A DNA stretch of 37,394 bases from a virus (Duplodnaviria; Caudoviricetes). Below are positions 35,125-37,394 of the stretch, piece by piece (the stretch's first letter is position 1; each line of letters begins with the position of its first letter). The notes under the pieces are model-generated. The model worked only from the letters and a program-made list of their open reading frames with translations. It was not told the origin of the DNA and did not search any database. The stretch spans positions 1 through 37,394 of the IMG/VR virus record IMGVR_UViG_3300038314_000668; one strand, written 5' to 3'. The position numbers were made by a program, and so were the translations under genes.

Positions 35125-35552
35125 TCAAAGTATATTTGTTCATTGTTGTTCTCGGATTAGTTGGAGGTGCTGTTTATGGAGGATACTATTACTATAAAGA
35201 TACTCAGCATCGCATACAAATTTTAACAACGAATAATGCTAAACTTGAAACCGCAAAACAACTGCAAGATGAAACAATACAAACGCTAGTTGAGGATGCC
35301 ACAAAATATCGGAAGCTAAACAAGGATCTTGGCAAAAAATTACAAGCTGCTGATGAATATCGTAGTAAGCTAATTGGCAAATTGCGTAAGCACAATTTGA
35401 CCAAGCTGAGTCAGCAAAAACCAATGCTTGTGGAGAAGAAAATTAATCGTGGTACAAAGAAACTTTTTGACAGCTTTAAAAGGATTACCTCTTCTGCTGA
35501 TGCTCCTAAGCCTAAGCAGCTGCGGAGGGTGGAATCCTCTAAAAAAAATTGA
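35121..35552 (+). CDS. Inner-membrane spanin (Rz-like), putative
   Basis: N-terminal TM anchor followed by a coiled coil; overlaps a lipoprotein gene. Confidence 0.7.
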   Translation: MIKVYLFIVVLGLVGGAVYGGYYYYKDTQHRIQILTTNNAKLETAKQLQDETIQTLVEDATKYRKLNKDLGKKLQAADEYRSKLIGKLRKHNLTKLSQQKPMLVEKKINRGTKKLFDSFKRITSSADAPKPKQLRRVESSKKN

Positions 35553-35850
35553 AGTGAAAACAGTTCAAGTTGATCGTGTAATTCCAACTCAGAATAGACC
35601 ACGTTCTCTAGATCTTCACAACATAACTTGGTTCGTGGTCACTGATCAAAATTTTGAGCAATTTAAGAAACGATATATCAAGCAAAGCGGTTCATTTTTA
35701 TTCTATGCCATTAGTGTTCGTGATTACGAGACACTTGCCATCAATATGGCAGACATCAAACGCTATATAGAGCAGCAAAAACAAATCATAATTTATTACG
35801 AAAAAGCTGTCGCTCCCAAGCCAAAGCCTGTTAAGGCTAAAAAGAAATAA
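35428..35850 (+). CDS. Outer-membrane lipoprotein spanin (Rz1-like), putative
   Basis: Lipobox-like LLLMLLSLSS-C (Cys codon at 35521), in another frame within the 3' end of the Rz-like gene; true start may be TTG 35467. Confidence 0.7.
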   Translation: MWRRKLIVVQRNFLTALKGLPLLLMLLSLSSCGGWNPLKKIEVKTVQVDRVIPTQNRPRSLDLHNITWFVVTDQNFEQFKKRYIKQSGSFLFYAISVRDYETLAINMADIKRYIEQQKQIIIYYEKAVAPKPKPVKAKKK

Positions 35851-36402
35851 GTGAGTGTCATGCGGCCAAGTGCTCTTTTTATTATTATTCTGGTTCTGGC
35901 AATTGTCATCAGCATATCCTATCCATTTAAAGTTTGGAGTGCTGATACAAATACTGTCTCATCAACAGTGGTGACAGACAAAACGCCACCAACGGCCAAT
36001 GCGCCCAGTGTGGTGGTCAATAACAACGATGTTTGTCGATCTGGCATGTCGGTCGGAGCGCAAACAGGCTTTGTTGGTCTTTCAACTGGCCTCACTGTGA
36101 TCGACAAAAATTGTGAGAGGATCAAATTAGCTCGAAGTTTGTTTTTCATGGGCATGAAAGTTGCTGCTGTTTCTATACTTTGTCAGGATCCAAGAGTATT
36201 TGATGCTATGAGTATGTCTGGCACACCATGCCCATATAAGGGCAAAATTGGAGCAGATGCTAAAAAGCAGTGGGAGAAAAATTGGAAAGAAGCTCCGGAG
36301 GGGAATAGCACATATAAGAATAAAATGGACAAACCTTCCTCTGGTCCGAGTGACAAGCCTCCTGTTGACTTGTTACAATACAAGTATCTTGACGATGATT
36401 AA
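35851..36402 (+). CDS. Exported Cys-containing phage protein of unknown function
   Basis: Signal/TM N-terminus; TPPTANAP, DVC, NCERIKLAR, GMKVAAVSILCQD, GTPCP; start may be ATG 35860. Confidence 0.75.
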   Translation: MSVMRPSALFIIILVLAIVISISYPFKVWSADTNTVSSTVVTDKTPPTANAPSVVVNNNDVCRSGMSVGAQTGFVGLSTGLTVIDKNCERIKLARSLFFMGMKVAAVSILCQDPRVFDAMSMSGTPCPYKGKIGADAKKQWEKNWKEAPEGNSTYKNKMDKPSSGPSDKPPVDLLQYKYLDDD

Positions 36403-37394
36403 ATACCTTGTCCTTGTAGTTTGTTTGCTGGTGTCTCCGGCAATGGCTGAGACAGAAGTTGTAACAGGGCAAGAGACCACGATTAATCAACTACCGGGAA
36501 TGACCGGATTTACGGCGTCCAGTGGAACCAGCGTTGGCACGGGTCGTGGGTGTGCCATTGGCGAATATTGCACGTCTGGAAAGAACGAGGGTGGTGGCAC
36601 ATATAGTTCCAGCTTCAATTTGCAAAATAACATGACCATTAATCAGATCAACCGTGGATTTGCGATGAATTACGGAATGGATGTCAAGTCACATCCAAGT
36701 AATACCACTGTACCGACCTGTGCTGGCAATACGATGGCGGCTTTTGACTGTAAGGATATCTTCAAACTGACGGTTTCCCTGTTTGATGAAAATACAGTCT
36801 TGCAACACAAGTTTGAGCATCAGGTTGAGTTGACTTATTCAGGCACACAAACGTATTCGTACTCCCAGACGATTCCAGAGAATACTTATGCAGCTTTGAC
36901 TGGCAATTTCGAGATGTATGGTATCGATGCGGGATACCCAACGGGATATTATGGCCCTTCCTTCAGCAACCCAGCCCTAACGGCAACATATGATTTGATT
37001 ACGCTGATCGAGACTGAAATAATCGACATCATTGATCTGGTGGATGTGACACCTCCCGACACGAACATAGACACTGCCATTGTGGACCTTGCACCACCGC
37101 CACCTGATCCTGAAGTGCAAAATACAGAGGCAGAAGTTGAAGCTGAGATGGAACAGGACATGGCTCCTTCTGCGCCAGATGGTATGGGTGGCATGACTTC
37201 ACCTCCTGCTGATCAATCAGCCTCAGATTCTTCTTATGAGGCACCTCCCACTAGTCCAGAACAACAGCAACAACAAGAAGTTCAGCAGGAAGTTGAAACA
37301 GAAATGGAACAGGAGATTCAACAGGAAACGGTGGAGCCAGAAACAACTGTCGAGAGCAACGAAACCGAAACAGAGCCCGAACCAGAGACAACTG
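36395..37394 (+). CDS. Exported protein with acidic Pro/Glu/Gln-rich region, truncated at the window end (not in ORF track)
   Basis: MIKYLVLVVCLLVSPAMA-ETE signal peptide; frame stays open to the window end. Confidence 0.8.
   Translation, partial: MIKYLVLVVCLLVSPAMAETEVVTGQETTINQLPGMTGFTASSGTSVGTGRGCAIGEYCTSGKNEGGGTYSSSFNLQNNMTINQINRGFAMNYGMDVKSHPSNTTVPTCAGNTMAAFDCKDIFKLTVSLFDENTVLQHKFEHQVELTYSGTQTYSYSQTIPENTYAALTGNFEMYGIDAGYPTGYYGPSFSNPALTATYDLITLIETEIIDIIDLVDVTPPDTNIDTAIVDLAPPPPDPEVQNTEAEVEAEMEQDMAPSAPDGMGGMTSPPADQSASDSSYEAPPTSPEQQQQQEVQQEVETEMEQEIQQETVEPETTVESNETETEPEPETT

Larger units (their letters stand above)
1..37394. mobile_element. Tailed bacteriophage genome segment (podovirus-like packaging, head, tail, lysis and ejection modules)
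   Basis: Terminase, portal, MCP, tail fibres, lysozyme and spanins in phage order; dense co-oriented genes with TAATG/TGATG overlaps; no host housekeeping genes or tape-measure gene recognised. Confidence 0.97.

Noticed and set aside
524-37244. Numerous minus-strand and alternate-frame ORFs of 60-172 aa
   Set aside because: They lie within or across well-supported + strand genes and show no recognisable motifs; treated as shadow ORFs

Overview
The whole window is part of a tailed dsDNA phage genome with a podovirus-like gene set; I saw no host genes, tRNA, CRISPR array, integrase or replication genes. All substantial genes are on the + strand. Order: a divergent promoter pair and a small early operon (ArdC-like antirestriction protein); terS-terL-portal; a ~6.5 kb accessory block (6137-12630); GroES, scaffold-like protein, decoration protein and Mu gpT-like major capsid protein (MCP); a structured RNA element; neck/tail/fibre genes; lysis genes; a tail nozzle-like protein; a GNAT with ejection-like proteins; spanins; two exported proteins (the last truncated). 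The architecture recalls uncultured aquatic proteobacterial podophages (inference from memory). The strongest candidate for an undescribed system is the accessory block. Unrelated enzyme-like domains (ParB-like, ADP-ribosyltransferase-like, polyvalent-type) each carry the same short terminal tags, N-terminal KGxx(V/I)(R/S)GAL and/or C-terminal GALG(N/S)L..E, and are joined by near-identical DNA junctions. This suggests a swappable array of tagged virion cargo proteins. Other signals: a 35-aa basic peptide copying the MCP N-terminus, a 24-bp exact repeat linking a head-region gene to an ejection gene 26 kb away, an interleaved three-stem RNA, and a nested hairpin inside an ejection gene. All product calls are from motif recognition by eye and synteny, not database searches.
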